From the NCBI GenBank assembly GCA_050633305.1, contig JBOEGF010000026.1, positions 20,600-84,599 on the forward strand: 64,000 bases of DNA, given 5' to 3'. The notes under the pieces are model-generated. The model had not been told where the DNA came from. It saw only the letters and a list, made by a program, of their open reading frames with translations, and searched no databases. The translations under genes and the position numbers were made by a program. Numbering within the stretch: position 1 is the first letter of the stretch; each line of letters opens with the position of its first letter. The stretch comes from Nannocystales bacterium (GTDB taxonomy: Bacteria > Myxococcota_A > Polyangia > Nannocystales > Nannocystaceae). Positions 9,894 to 20,448 of the stretch are shown here, in pieces.

Positions 9894-12532
9894 TTCTTCT
9901 TGGCGCCCTTTTTGTCGTCCTTCTTCGTGTCCTTCTTGTCGTCGGACTTGCCGTTCTTCTTCTTCTCTTCCGCCTTCTTGGCCTCGTTCTTGAGGAAGCG
10001 TTCCCATGCGGCTTCGCGGCCCCGCAACGCACTCCATCGGCGGATCTCGATCTCGGCGGGCTCGATGCCGTGCCGAGCGCGGAGCTCATTGACCAGCTGT
10101 GCGCCGACTTCGGTGCGACACCGGGCGGTGTAGATCAGCTTTTCCTTGCCGGTCTTCTCCAGACGTTCCCAGGGGTCGTAGGGGCCGTTCTTGAACACGT
10201 ACTCCGGCGTGGGGATCGTGTACGTGATGTTGATCAGCTCAACCTTCCGTGGGACCTCGCCGTCGTGCAGCTTCTGCCACTCGCGGCAGTGGTAGCGGCC
10301 GTGCCACTTCTGGTACCAGCTGCCATGGCCGCCCTCGCTGCCGCCGATGCGGCGGTTGATCTTGCGCTGCCGCGTGTACCAGATCCATGGGAGCGGCCGG
10401 CTTTCCTCCGCGTAGATGTCGTTGCGCATGTCCCAGACCTCGCCATCTTGATCGGTGACCAGCACCTTGAGGAATCGGTTCGCGCGCGGCGGGTTGGGAG
10501 CAAACATTTTCCACCCCTGGGTGGTTTGCGTGCGCTGCAGCCACCACTTGAAGGGTTCATGGGTGTGGGTACGCCACTTGAAGCTGTCCTTATCGGGCAG
10601 CAGCCAGCATGCGACGCCAACCACTTGGTAGAGCACCAGGCAAGCTGCCAGCAAGCGCCCGCGTGGACCGTAGGCCCAGGGTTCGCTGATCGTCCCCTGG
10701 GGAACACGCTCGGGCGCGCCTTCGTAGGGATCCGACAAAACCTTGCAGGGCCTGGGCCTCGAGTTCGTCTCTCGCCACATGGACCCCGCGAGGAACGCGA
10801 ACAGACCGACGAGCGTCCAGCCGTAGGCGAGGATGTCCTTGTACTGCAGCAGCACGCCAGAGGCGGCGATGGCCAATCCGATGACCATCGTGGACATGGG
10901 GAGGCGAACACCGTCGTGGTGCAGGTGTGGGAGCGTGGGATCCTCGGCGGGCGTGGGGCCTTTGCCCTCTTGAACCCACTTGGGGATCACCGAGCCCAGG
11001 CCCGGCAGGCGAGAGAACGCCTTGCCGAACACGACGCCGAGCAGCGCCATCTCGGTGCCGCTGATGAACGCGATGAACCCGGAGCTGGTCCCAGGCTGAA
11101 ACCATCCGATGTTCATCAGAACGAACGCGTGAAGCTGGAAGACCAGACCGACGAACACCCAGATGCGGCGTCCCAGGAACCACTTGAGGAACCAGTCGAG
11201 GTCGATGGTGAACTCGCGGCCCCGTAAGGTGAGATGGAACGGACGGTTACGAAGCCGGCGCCACCCGAAGGCGATGATGATCATTCCCAAGATCCAGCCG
11301 ACGCCGAAGACCCATTGGGCTTTTTGAAGCGTCCACCAGCCAGCTTTCCAGGGAGCGAAGTTGGTGACTGGCTTCCCGCTGCGGGCGAAGTGGACAGGCC
11401 ACAGTACTTCGCACAACACGAGGCATCCCAGTCCAAACGCGACCCAGGCCGCGGAGTGCACACGATGGGTGGTCTTGGACCACTTGGGCAGGCGCTCTCG
11501 GATGCCGAACCGGACGAACATGCCGAGCACCACGACCGGGAACAAAGCCTCCCACGCGTGGGTGATCCACGTGTTGAGCTTGAACATCGTCGTGCCCAGA
11601 ACCGCCGAGAGTTGCTGCGGGGGCAGGCGGTAGAAGTGGTCGAGGTTGAGCGCGTAGTACATCGCGTCGCCTCGCCACCAGACCGAACCGTTCTTGACGA
11701 CGCCCGTGTAGCAGTAGATCGCAGCAACCTGGAGGATGATCAGGATCCGCGGCCACGACGGGATACGGCGGTAGATCGCCTCGAGCCCTTTGGGGTGCTC
11801 CTCAGATGGCGCCACGCCAGCGCCGTCGCCCGGCCCGCCTCGGACCGAGAGCAGGCCCTGTTTTCGAAGCTTACGACAGCGCCACCAGTTGTCGACGCTG
11901 TACGCACGCCCGCACCGCGAGAGGCACAGGTAGAAGAAGAAGCACCGATAGACGTTCTCCGTGCCCTCCCAGAAGATGTTGTTGCGCAGGATGATGCTGT
12001 GGAACAGGAAGGCTGCGATCCACTTGGTGTAGCGCGTCCACACCCCCAGCATCAGCATCGTCACCGCCAGTTGGAACGCGGCCCAATGGATCCACCACGC
12101 TCGGGGCGAGTCCCAGAAGAACAGCAGGGAGTACTTCGGCCCCTTGAGGAACTGCCACACTCCGGCCCACCCAAAGAAGCCGTACTCATCCCCGGCGAGG
12201 CCGTTGCCAAAGCCGCGGAACTGCTCTCGCGCGAAAACCTGACGGGCAACGTCGCTGATGAAGATGCCCTCGTCGGTGAACAGGTACTCGAAGAGCTCCC
12301 ATAGACCGTTGATGTTGCACATCGCGCAGAACGCAAACACGATGCGAAAGATCCCCATGGTCCGAGGGTCTTCGGCGCGGAGGAAGGCGCGGCGCCATCC
12401 TTCACGGTTGATGATCAGGATCAGCCCAGCCATCACCGCGAGGAACAACATGATCCATCCGGCGGTGGGGGCGAGCTCGAGCGCTTCCTCGTTGGGGATG
12501 CGCTTGAAAAAGGCGAGGAGTGAACCGGTCAC
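9890..12532 (-). CDS. HTTM-domain polytopic membrane protein with C-terminal SdpA/DUF5819-like domain (paralog 2)
   Basis: MGIFRI, RNNIFWEG, YSVDNW, LQVAAIYCYTGVVK.GSVW.RGDA.YYAL, MNIGWF, then QGWKMFAPNPP. Lys-rich tail. Confidence 0.75.
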   Translation of the reverse strand: MTGSLLAFFKRIPNEEALELAPTAGWIMLFLAVMAGLILIINREGWRRAFLRAEDPRTMGIFRIVFAFCAMCNINGLWELFEYLFTDEGIFISDVARQVFAREQFRGFGNGLAGDEYGFFGWAGVWQFLKGPKYSLLFFWDSPRAWWIHWAAFQLAVTMLMLGVWTRYTKWIAAFLFHSIILRNNIFWEGTENVYRCFFFYLCLSRCGRAYSVDNWWRCRKLRKQGLLSVRGGPGDGAGVAPSEEHPKGLEAIYRRIPSWPRILIILQVAAIYCYTGVVKNGSVWWRGDAMYYALNLDHFYRLPPQQLSAVLGTTMFKLNTWITHAWEALFPVVVLGMFVRFGIRERLPKWSKTTHRVHSAAWVAFGLGCLVLCEVLWPVHFARSGKPVTNFAPWKAGWWTLQKAQWVFGVGWILGMIIIAFGWRRLRNRPFHLTLRGREFTIDLDWFLKWFLGRRIWVFVGLVFQLHAFVLMNIGWFQPGTSSGFIAFISGTEMALLGVVFGKAFSRLPGLGSVIPKWVQEGKGPTPAEDPTLPHLHHDGVRLPMSTMVIGLAIAASGVLLQYKDILAYGWTLVGLFAFLAGSMWRETNSRPRPCKVLSDPYEGAPERVPQGTISEPWAYGPRGRLLAACLVLYQVVGVACWLLPDKDSFKWRTHTHEPFKWWLQRTQTTQGWKMFAPNPPRANRFLKVLVTDQDGEVWDMRNDIYAEESRPLPWIWYTRQRKINRRIGGSEGGHGSWYQKWHGRYHCREWQKLHDGEVPRKVELINITYTIPTPEYVFKNGPYDPWERLEKTGKEKLIYTARCRTEVGAQLVNELRARHGIEPAEIEIRRWSALRGREAAWERFLKNEAKKAEEKKKNGKSDDKKDTKKDDKKGAKKK

Positions 12533-12535
12533 GCG

Positions 12536-15520
12536 TTAGTCCTCTTTGCGGTTGGCGGCGGGGCGCTTGACGTCGGCTTTCGCCGTGGTCTTGCTGGGTT
12601 TCTTGGCACGAGCCGTCGCGGAGTCCTTTTTTGGCTTCTTCTTGGCGTTCGGCTTGGCTTTTGGGGACTTCTTGTCGCTCTTGTAGACGGGCTCGCGGCC
12701 CTCCGCCTCGGCGGCTTCTTTTTCGAGCTTGCGTTCCCACTTGCGCTTCTTGTGCTTGAGCCACGGCTTGTACTTCCAGCCCGCCTCTTCATCGAGCGGG
12801 GGCAGCCCGTGACGCTCACGGATGAAGTTGGGCAGCTGCCCCATGACGGTCCGCTTGCAGTCTTCGGTGTGCTCCAGCTTCTCGGCACCGTCGCGTTTGA
12901 GCCGTGCCTCTGCGTCGTACCAACCGTGTCGCCACGTGTCTTCGGGCGACGGCATCCGGTACCACATCTTCACCAGCTCGACCTTCTTGGGGGCGATGCC
13001 CTCGTGCTCGAGTGCCCACTGGCGGCAGATGTAGCGGCCGTACCACTTGCGGTACCACTGCGTGTTACCGGACTCGCCCCCGATGATGCGCCGGTTCATC
13101 TTGCGCATCCGGTCGTTCCAGATCCAGGGGATGGGCTTTCGCTCGGGCGCGTAGACGTCGGTCTTGAGGTCGTAGACTTCGCCGTCCGCATCGGTCACGA
13201 GCACCTTGAGGAAGACGTTGGTCCGCGGTGGGTTGGGCGCAAACATGCCCCAGCCCTGGTCGGTCTGGGTCACAGTGAGCCATTTGGTGAAGACGCGTCT
13301 GGAGTCGTTCCGCCACGTCTTGAGGCTGTCCTTGTCCGGAGTCAGCCAGACGGTCACTGCCGAGATTTGCCAGACCATCAGCGCGCTGATGATGAACCGT
13401 CCCAAGGGACCGTAGGCCCAGGGCATCTTGGGTGCGTCTCCTTCGGTGCGCAGCGCGTTGCTGCCGGGCGCGGGGAAGCGTCCTGGGATGATCTCCGGGG
13501 TCTCGAGGCGTTTGCCCTTGTTGGCGCGCGCGGTCACAAATGCGACGCCGCCCAGGAACGCGACGCCACCGACCCAGATCCATCGCCACTCCCACTCGGG
13601 CTGGACTTCAACCCGGACCACGATGCCGACGAGGATCGTGACGAGTCCGAAGTACAGGGCCCACTCGGGCAACTTCGCGGCGTCGCGACGGTGGTGCGGG
13701 AGGGTGGGGTCCTCGGCGGGGAGGGGCTTGTCGTGTTCGCTGAGCTTCAGCTTGAACAGCAGCCAGGTCACGATCCAAGCCGCCTCGGCGCCGTAGAGGT
13801 AGACGAACGTCTGCGACAGCATCCCGGTTTGGAACTGGCCGATGTTCATCAAGGTGAAGATCCCGCCCATGAGCGCGACGTGCCACGTCAACCAGACTCG
13901 TCGTCCGAGGACCCACGTGGCCACCCAGCGCTGTCCAACGTCGTGCTTTTTCTCGAAGAACTCATCCGCCGCGGCACCATCGATGCGCAGGAGCTTGCGA
14001 GCCTTCGCGACGAGGCCTGGCATGAACTTCATGGTCAGCCAGGGGACGAGGATCGCGATCGCCGTCCAGGCCGCGAGGATGCCGATCTTCCGCCAGATCC
14101 ACTCGGGCATGAGCTTCTGCTTTGCGTTGAGCAGCGGGAAGGTCATCAGCCACAGCATCAGGTCGACGAAGGCGACAAAGCCGACCCACACCATCCACAT
14201 GCCCACGCGGCCTCGAATGCGGAAGGGCTTGCGGCCCATCTTCCACCACAGCGCCCACATCGCCAGGAAGCCCCCGACCCACAGAGACAGGAACAGCGTC
14301 CGGTGGATCGCAGGAACGAAGTGGACTTTCCAGGCGATCGCGATGATCGCCGTTGAGGTGCCGATCAGCGAGGCCCAGCACAACCGGACGACCCATGCGC
14401 GCCATCCTCGGGCTGGTGGGAGTTTCTCGCCCATCGCCCACTTCACCAAGACGCCGATGGCGGCGAGGAAGAAGAACACCTCGCCCCAGTGGGCGAACCA
14501 GGAGGAGAACCGCAGCAGGTTGGTCCCTGTGAGCGCAGCGATGCGCTGCGGATGGAACCGGTAGAAGTGGTCCATGTTCCACGCGTAGTAGACCGCGTCT
14601 CCCTTGGCCCAGACGCTTCCGTCCTTGAGAATGCCGGTCGTGGTGTACGTGGCGGCGAGTTGTAGAATCGCCAGCCGCCGCGGCCAGGCCGGAATGAGGC
14701 GGTAGATCGCGGCGAGACCCTTGGGATGCTCGTCGCTGGGCGCAACCCCGGCACCTCCGCCGGGGCCGTCGCGCTCGGACAGCAGGCCTTGCTTGCGGAG
14801 CTTCCGGCAACGCAGCCAGTTGTCGACGCTGTAGGCATGACCGCTCCGTCCGCAGATCAGGTACGCGAGGTACACCCGATAGACGAGCTCCGTGCCCTCC
14901 CAGAACAGGTGGTTCCGGAAAAAGATCGAGTTCATCAAGAAGAAGGTCAGGACCCCCATCAGCCGAGTACGGAATCCGATCACGAACATGAGGGCGCACA
15001 ACTGAAACGCCACCATGTGGATCCAAAAGGCCGTCGGGCTGTCCCAGAAGTACAGGAGCGAGTACTTCGGCCCCTTGAGGAACTCCCAGATCGCCCGGTT
15101 GTCGAAGAACCCCAGCGGTGAGTCTTCAGACAGGCCGTCCCCATAGCCCGCAAACTGACCCGACGCGTGCACCTGCCGCGCGACGTCGGCCGGAAAAATG
15201 CCCTCGTCGGTGAAGAGCATCGTCCAGTACTCGTAGAAGTCGTTCATGTTCGCGATCACGAAGATCCCGAACACGATCCGGTAGATCCCCATGGCGCGTG
15301 GGTCCTCCATGGTCAGCCACCACCGGCGCCAGTACTCGTTGCGCACGATGAGCATGACCACGAGCGAGACGGCGGCGGCGAGCATCAACCACCCGACGGT
15401 GGGAGCGATGGCCACGGCCGCCTCGTTGGGGACCTTGTCATCCTTGAACAGGAAGAACGCGTTGAGAGCGTTGCTCGCGCCCACCAACGCGGGCGCGGAA
15501 AAACCAAGCAAGTTAGACAT
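12536..15520 (-). CDS. HTTM-domain polytopic membrane protein with C-terminal SdpA/DUF5819-like domain (paralog 1)
   Basis: Likely start MSNLLG at 15520. Same motif series (MGIYRI, RNHLFWEG, YSVDNW, LQLAATYTTTGILKDGSVW.KGDA, QGWGMFAPNPP). Lys-rich tail. Confidence 0.75.
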   Translation of the reverse strand: MSNLLGFSAPALVGASNALNAFFLFKDDKVPNEAAVAIAPTVGWLMLAAAVSLVVMLIVRNEYWRRWWLTMEDPRAMGIYRIVFGIFVIANMNDFYEYWTMLFTDEGIFPADVARQVHASGQFAGYGDGLSEDSPLGFFDNRAIWEFLKGPKYSLLYFWDSPTAFWIHMVAFQLCALMFVIGFRTRLMGVLTFFLMNSIFFRNHLFWEGTELVYRVYLAYLICGRSGHAYSVDNWLRCRKLRKQGLLSERDGPGGGAGVAPSDEHPKGLAAIYRLIPAWPRRLAILQLAATYTTTGILKDGSVWAKGDAVYYAWNMDHFYRFHPQRIAALTGTNLLRFSSWFAHWGEVFFFLAAIGVLVKWAMGEKLPPARGWRAWVVRLCWASLIGTSTAIIAIAWKVHFVPAIHRTLFLSLWVGGFLAMWALWWKMGRKPFRIRGRVGMWMVWVGFVAFVDLMLWLMTFPLLNAKQKLMPEWIWRKIGILAAWTAIAILVPWLTMKFMPGLVAKARKLLRIDGAAADEFFEKKHDVGQRWVATWVLGRRVWLTWHVALMGGIFTLMNIGQFQTGMLSQTFVYLYGAEAAWIVTWLLFKLKLSEHDKPLPAEDPTLPHHRRDAAKLPEWALYFGLVTILVGIVVRVEVQPEWEWRWIWVGGVAFLGGVAFVTARANKGKRLETPEIIPGRFPAPGSNALRTEGDAPKMPWAYGPLGRFIISALMVWQISAVTVWLTPDKDSLKTWRNDSRRVFTKWLTVTQTDQGWGMFAPNPPRTNVFLKVLVTDADGEVYDLKTDVYAPERKPIPWIWNDRMRKMNRRIIGGESGNTQWYRKWYGRYICRQWALEHEGIAPKKVELVKMWYRMPSPEDTWRHGWYDAEARLKRDGAEKLEHTEDCKRTVMGQLPNFIRERHGLPPLDEEAGWKYKPWLKHKKRKWERKLEKEAAEAEGREPVYKSDKKSPKAKPNAKKKPKKDSATARAKKPSKTTAKADVKRPAANRKED

Positions 15521-15669
15521 GGGGGGGGTCGGAGTCTCCGTGTAGACGGCGCGCTGGCGCAAGCGCGCCGCGCCGGTTCCTTTAGACCCGCGAACCCACT
15601 CTTCCGGCAAATATCGACACTCTGTGAGCTGACGGGGCGCACAGCGCGCAGGCGAAGCCCCGAGAAGCG

Positions 15670-17058
15670 TCAGTCTGGACAGCTTGCGGGCTCTAGCAGC
15701 CCGAATTCGGCGACTTGCAGCGCGCCGGCTTGAGAGCGGTAGTCCGCACGAACACGCTGCGGCGAGTGCACGGCCTCGCTCACGCGAACCTCGTCCATGA
15801 GCCCGGTCAGCGTTCCCCATTCGCCGTGGCCAAGCTCGAACGGAAGGGGAGGCTCGTCGCTATCCAAGGTGCCGCCTGCCAGCGATGTCATCGTGCCGCG
15901 GGCGTCACCGTTGAAGTACACGGTCGTCTCCGCGGCCTCGGGGTCACGAACGAGCGAGAGGTAGAAGAACTCGCCGATCGGGAGCGCCTTGCCACTGCTC
16001 GCGCCGGAGGTTTCTCCGTCGACCGCTTCCTGGCAGAAGAGCGTTTCACCGCTGTCCGAGTTGTGCCAACACCGCGGGTAGTAGAAGTCTCCATTGAGAC
16101 GCTGGAAGAAGCTACCGCGGCTGGCGGGATCGTCCGAATCGACACGAGCCCAGGCCGAGAAGGAGTAGGCGGAGAGCTGGCCTTGAAAGCTCGCAGCGAT
16201 CTCGATGATGTCGTCGTCGCCGTCGAACGCGGTCGCCGAGCCGAGCTGGCCCTGGACGTGTTGCTCGGGGGTCATCGTCCCCAGCAGGACGCCAGGCTCT
16301 TCGGGGGTCGCGGCGTTGCTCGTGATGTCGCCCTCCAAGCCCATCGGTGCGTCGTCGAGATGCCAAACTCCGAGATAGTTGGGCGACCACACCGCGGTCG
16401 GGTCTGGGTCTTCGAGGTCCGGGACGAAGGTGAACGTCAGCGTCAGCGTGTCGCTCGCGGCGAACGTCGGTAGCTTCAACCACAGCGCTGGTGTGTCGTC
16501 GAACTGGTCGGCGCGCTCGAAGGAGAGGACGGCTCCGGAGGTGTCCGTGATACGCAGGCCGACCCCGCCCGAAGCCAGCCGTTCGCGACCCTCGGGCCAC
16601 GCGTCCAGGGGCAGCCACAGCACGTAGTCGCTCAGGCCTGCGGCGGGAGAAAACGTCCCGGTGTCGATCACCACCTCGGCGGAGTCGCAAGGGTTGGTCC
16701 CGCCCGAGCCCGACTCCGAGCCCATCGGAGAGCTCGAGGCCGAGTCCGACGTTGTTGAGCTGGTCCCCGTGGGCGTCGCGCTCGTCGTCCCCGTGGTCGC
16801 GGGCGGCTCGGCGTCGATGCAAGCGCCGGGGGATTCGGCAGCGTTGGGCGAGCGTGCCCAGCCGCTTTCGCAGCGCCCAGCGTTTTCGGGGTAGGCACAT
16901 GCGGCGTCGTCTAGACAACGGCCGGCCAAACCTTCGCGGTTGCAGTCGCCGTCGCGCTCGCATTGGTACGCGCCGAGGGAGGGGCAACCGGCGAGCGCGA
17001 GTCCCCCCAAGATCAGGCCTGCGCGCCGCATCGCAGGGACGAGCATAACATCCGCCAA
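15670..17058 (-). CDS. Lipoprotein with Cys-rich N-terminus and DUF2341/LamG-like (concanavalin-like) domain
   Basis: Lipobox LAGC, Cys-rich repeat, S/T-rich linker, GVWHLDD, FDGDDD.I, SFSAW, YFNG, GLMDEVRVS. The true start may lie a few codons downstream. Confidence 0.75.
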   Translation of the reverse strand: MADVMLVPAMRRAGLILGGLALAGCPSLGAYQCERDGDCNREGLAGRCLDDAACAYPENAGRCESGWARSPNAAESPGACIDAEPPATTGTTSATPTGTSSTTSDSASSSPMGSESGSGGTNPCDSAEVVIDTGTFSPAAGLSDYVLWLPLDAWPEGRERLASGGVGLRITDTSGAVLSFERADQFDDTPALWLKLPTFAASDTLTLTFTFVPDLEDPDPTAVWSPNYLGVWHLDDAPMGLEGDITSNAATPEEPGVLLGTMTPEQHVQGQLGSATAFDGDDDIIEIAASFQGQLSAYSFSAWARVDSDDPASRGSFFQRLNGDFYYPRCWHNSDSGETLFCQEAVDGETSGASSGKALPIGEFFYLSLVRDPEAAETTVYFNGDARGTMTSLAGGTLDSDEPPLPFELGHGEWGTLTGLMDEVRVSEAVHSPQRVRADYRSQAGALQVAEFGLLEPASCPD

Positions 17059-17101
17059 CGCCGTGAGGGACCCGCCGACCTCTCGTGCCGGCTTGGTCGA
17101 G

Positions 17102-18574
17102 CTATGCGAACAGCTCGTCGATCGTGCCGGAGACTTCGCCCATCTCGTGATCGATGCCGACGGCTCGCAAGGCGGAGTTCACGACCTGCGCGGGGTGTCC
17201 TCCGGGCCGGGAGATGTGTTGGCCGCCCATCGCGTTGAGGCCACCTGCACGGCCGGCGATCAGCACCGCCATGTTCTCGCTGGAGTGGACGCTGAGAGCA
17301 TCGCCGGACTCGGGGTCAAAGCCCCAGCCTCCTTCGAACAGCAGCACCATCGCGGTGTGGTCCAGGAGGGAAGACCCGTCGAGTTCTTGGGTATCCCGAA
17401 GCTTTTCGACGAGTCGACCCCAGTGTTTGACGTGCCAGGCGACGCCGTCGCTCACCGCGTTGAGACCGACTTCGCCCCCGCCCACGCCGTAGTGTCCAAG
17501 CTCGTGGATGTCGCTCGCGGCCCCGAACAGCGGGTTCGCGTTCAGGAAGCACTGGGCCATCGTGTACATCATGCTCCCCGAACGGCTCAGGTCGCACGTG
17601 AAGGCCATCGCCATCAGGTCTGTGAGGACCGTGGCGCGTGCTTCTTCGTCCGAGTAGGCGCCGCCCGACTCGTAGCCGCCGGTGTCTCCGTTCTCGACGG
17701 TACCGCCGATTGGAGGGTCTTCACCGGGGTCGGGCAGGAGTTCGCAGGCGCCTTCGGTTGGGGTGGAAACCTCGTCGAGCCGCCGTTCGAGATCGCGGAG
17801 CTCGTCGAGGTGTCGTTCCATCCGTTGCTGATCTGCGCTCCCCAACCGGGCCATCAGAGACTGCGCGTCTTCGAGGACCAAGTCGACGGCCGAACGTCGA
17901 CGGCGCAGGGCGGCGAGCGCGTCGGCAGCTTGTGCCGGGTCGGGCGGAACGAAGCCGGTAAAGAGCGATTCGTAGGCCAATCGGGGGCTTTGAATCGGAT
18001 CGACCGGGATGATGCTCCCACCCTCGTCACGGTATGTGATCCGGCCGCGGTCTCCACCGTCACCGTTGCTGCCACGGTAGTACGCGGCTTGGACGCGGTA
18101 GTTGAGGAAGGGGTGGAGGGTGTCCCCACCGAGTCGCTCGGCCGCGATCACTTCGGATGTGGCTCCGTTGGCGGACTCGTTGCTGCCGCTGATCGAGCGG
18201 ACACCGCTGATGAGCGGTGCGGTGGAGTGGGCGTGCCAGCCGATGTGACGGCCCCCTGCTGGGATGCTCCCCTCTTCACCCCACGGGATCTCGAGGTCGG
18301 TGACCACGGAGACCTCGTCGCGGATACCGAGGTCGGTCAGGGGCTGGAGTGCCCGTTTCACGTCGTAGTCGAGGCCGAGGGCGTCGGGCTTGAGGAGGTC
18401 GTAGTCGAAGGTTGGGAAGCTGGTGGAGGTACCAGCGAAGCCCACGAAGTAGCGCCTGGGGATGTCGGCGCCCGCGCGAGCGGTGCCGGTCATCGCCTCG
18501 AGCGCGGGCAAGGCCATGGCGAAGCCCGCGGTACCGCGGAGCAAGGATCGTCGAGACAGTCGGAAGCGAGGCAT
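17102..18574 (-). CDS. DUF1552 (HXXSHH family) protein with Tat-like leader
   Basis: LSRRSLLRG...LPALEAM, SAVDLV, HLDELRDLERRL, AFTCDLSR, HELGH, LDGSSLLDHT, H....M..LIAG.AGG. Confidence 0.88.
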   Translation of the reverse strand: MPRFRLSRRSLLRGTAGFAMALPALEAMTGTARAGADIPRRYFVGFAGTSTSFPTFDYDLLKPDALGLDYDVKRALQPLTDLGIRDEVSVVTDLEIPWGEEGSIPAGGRHIGWHAHSTAPLISGVRSISGSNESANGATSEVIAAERLGGDTLHPFLNYRVQAAYYRGSNGDGGDRGRITYRDEGGSIIPVDPIQSPRLAYESLFTGFVPPDPAQAADALAALRRRRSAVDLVLEDAQSLMARLGSADQQRMERHLDELRDLERRLDEVSTPTEGACELLPDPGEDPPIGGTVENGDTGGYESGGAYSDEEARATVLTDLMAMAFTCDLSRSGSMMYTMAQCFLNANPLFGAASDIHELGHYGVGGGEVGLNAVSDGVAWHVKHWGRLVEKLRDTQELDGSSLLDHTAMVLLFEGGWGFDPESGDALSVHSSENMAVLIAGRAGGLNAMGGQHISRPGGHPAQVVNSALRAVGIDHEMGEVSGTIDELFA

Positions 18575-18590
18575 GTTCGTCAGCTCCTAG

Positions 18591-20300
18591 TTATTCGGCC
18601 GTCTCGTTGCGGCGGTATCGGAAGGCTTCTTCGGAAGCGAAGGACAGCATGAGCGCGGAGAAGTCGAAGTCCCCCTGCGCGCCGTTTTGTTCGACCACAA
18701 AGTCGATGAAGGAATCGTCGACGGTCGCCAGCTCGGAGCGGCCCATCGCGAAACGGTAGAGCTGTTCGGCCACGCAGCGGTTGAGCGTGCCCGAATCGAT
18801 GAGGAGCTCGGAGAGCTCGGATGGCCCGGAGAATGGGCTGCCGTCCAGCTCACCCTCTCCGGAGATGACACAGCTTTCGTCATCGTTCTCGACCTCGCGG
18901 AATGCTCCGGTGTGGTCGTAGTTCTCGAGCCCGAACCCGATCGGGTCCATCAGGGCGTGACACGAGACGCAGCCCGGAGCGCTGAGGTGCTGCTCCTTGT
19001 AGAAGTCTTCTTTGCACGTGCCTTCCTCGGGCTCGGTCATGTCGACGTCGACCGTGGGAGGGGGCGGCGGGATAACCTGGCACATCATCCGTGTGCGAAC
19101 GAGGATTCCGCGCTTGGTCGGGCTGGAGTCGTCGATCTTGGACATCGAGGACAAGAACGACCCGTGCGACAGCAATCCGCGGCGCCCGGTGTCGCCGTAG
19201 TCGACCCAACCGGGCTCGGTGGGAGCGGGCAGGCCGTAGTGCTCGGCCAGGGTTGCGTCGACATAGGTGGTGTCGGAACGGAGCAAGTCCTGCCAGGGGA
19301 GTGCGTCGTCGAAGATGACTCGATCGATGAGCGCCTGCGTTTCGGCCTGCATGGCCGAGGACAGGTCCGGCGCATGCGGGAGTGACTCGTAGCCGAGCCA
19401 CAGCGAGTGAAATCGTCCGATGCGGGTTCGAGCCCGCTCGTCGAGCAGCATGTCCTCGGCGGCTTCGCGAATGCCCTCGGGGTTGGAGAGGCCGCCGGCT
19501 TCGGCGCGGTCGAGCAGTCCGTCGCTCGGTGTGCTGCCCCAAATGAGGTACGACAGGCGCGTGGCGACCTCGTAGTCGTTCAGCGCGAACACATCGGGAA
19601 TCCCGTCGACCGGAGTCCCGACCTCGACTCGGTAGAGAAACTCCGGATGTTGGAGCAGCGCGCGGATGGCAACGTTGACCGCGTCGTAGAAGTCGCCCGT
19701 CTCCTCTGCCTCGGAGAGGAGTGCTCCGTAGCGAGAGAGGTCGTCATCGCTCATCGGCCGTCGAAGAGCGCGGCGGCCGAACTGGGTGAGGAAGTCCTGA
19801 AAACACGCTGCGTCGGTTGGACCCGCCGGTGTGCATCCCACGGTGGCGTCGCGGAGCGCCGGCTCGAGCGCGAGCTCTGCCACGTCCGACGCGAGCAGCT
19901 CGGCGCCGTCGATCAGCGCTCCACTGGCGTTCTGAGTGGTGTAGTCGTTGTCGAAGGGCTGGCGCCAGTCCTCGGGAAGGAGGAGCGCAGCATCCACGTC
20001 GACACCGAGCAAGTCGCGCACCGTGGCGGAGTACTCGACCGCGGTCAGGCGGCGCAGCCCAGCGTCTCCGATGCGTTCTAGGACCTCCGCTGGCGGGGGC
20101 TCGGACGGTTCGCCGGAATCGGAGTCGGTACCGCCGGAGCTGTCGGGTCCGTCGGAGTCCTGCCCCGAACCGTCGGAGTCGACTCCCGTCATTGATGAGT
20201 CGGCGTCGGCGCCGACATAGCAGCCGGAACTCCCCCCGATCGTTACCAAACTCAGCGATAGCAGAGCCCGGCGCACCCTCGTCGTTCGTGCCACGTACAC
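18591..20300 (-). CDS. DUF1592/DUF1588/DUF1595/DUF1585 (PSD/PSCyt) lipoprotein with CxxCH
   Basis: LRRLT..EY.ATVRDLLG, RRALRRP, PEFLYRVE, EVATRLSYLIWGSTP, RRGLL, SSPTKRG, CVSCHALMDPIGFGLENYD. Confidence 0.9.
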   Translation of the reverse strand: MYVARTTRVRRALLSLSLVTIGGSSGCYVGADADSSMTGVDSDGSGQDSDGPDSSGGTDSDSGEPSEPPPAEVLERIGDAGLRRLTAVEYSATVRDLLGVDVDAALLLPEDWRQPFDNDYTTQNASGALIDGAELLASDVAELALEPALRDATVGCTPAGPTDAACFQDFLTQFGRRALRRPMSDDDLSRYGALLSEAEETGDFYDAVNVAIRALLQHPEFLYRVEVGTPVDGIPDVFALNDYEVATRLSYLIWGSTPSDGLLDRAEAGGLSNPEGIREAAEDMLLDERARTRIGRFHSLWLGYESLPHAPDLSSAMQAETQALIDRVIFDDALPWQDLLRSDTTYVDATLAEHYGLPAPTEPGWVDYGDTGRRGLLSHGSFLSSMSKIDDSSPTKRGILVRTRMMCQVIPPPPPTVDVDMTEPEEGTCKEDFYKEQHLSAPGCVSCHALMDPIGFGLENYDHTGAFREVENDDESCVISGEGELDGSPFSGPSELSELLIDSGTLNRCVAEQLYRFAMGRSELATVDDSFIDFVVEQNGAQGDFDFSALMLSFASEEAFRYRRNETAE

Positions 20301-20448
20301 AAGTTGTCCGAGCGGCCAAAACGTCCCGATGTTTTCTGCTGTTTAATTCGTGGTGTCGGCTACATACGCCGCGAGCTCGCAGCGGGGCCGCATCGCCCCA
20401 TGTACGGAACAGTAGGAGGCCCGCGTGGTATGGTCCTCGACTCTGACG

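Noticed and set aside
9894..10037. Extended N-terminus of the methyltransferase in the ORF track
   Set aside because: It overlaps the Lys-rich tail of the upstream gene; the GTGA-coupled start at 9893 fits the family better.
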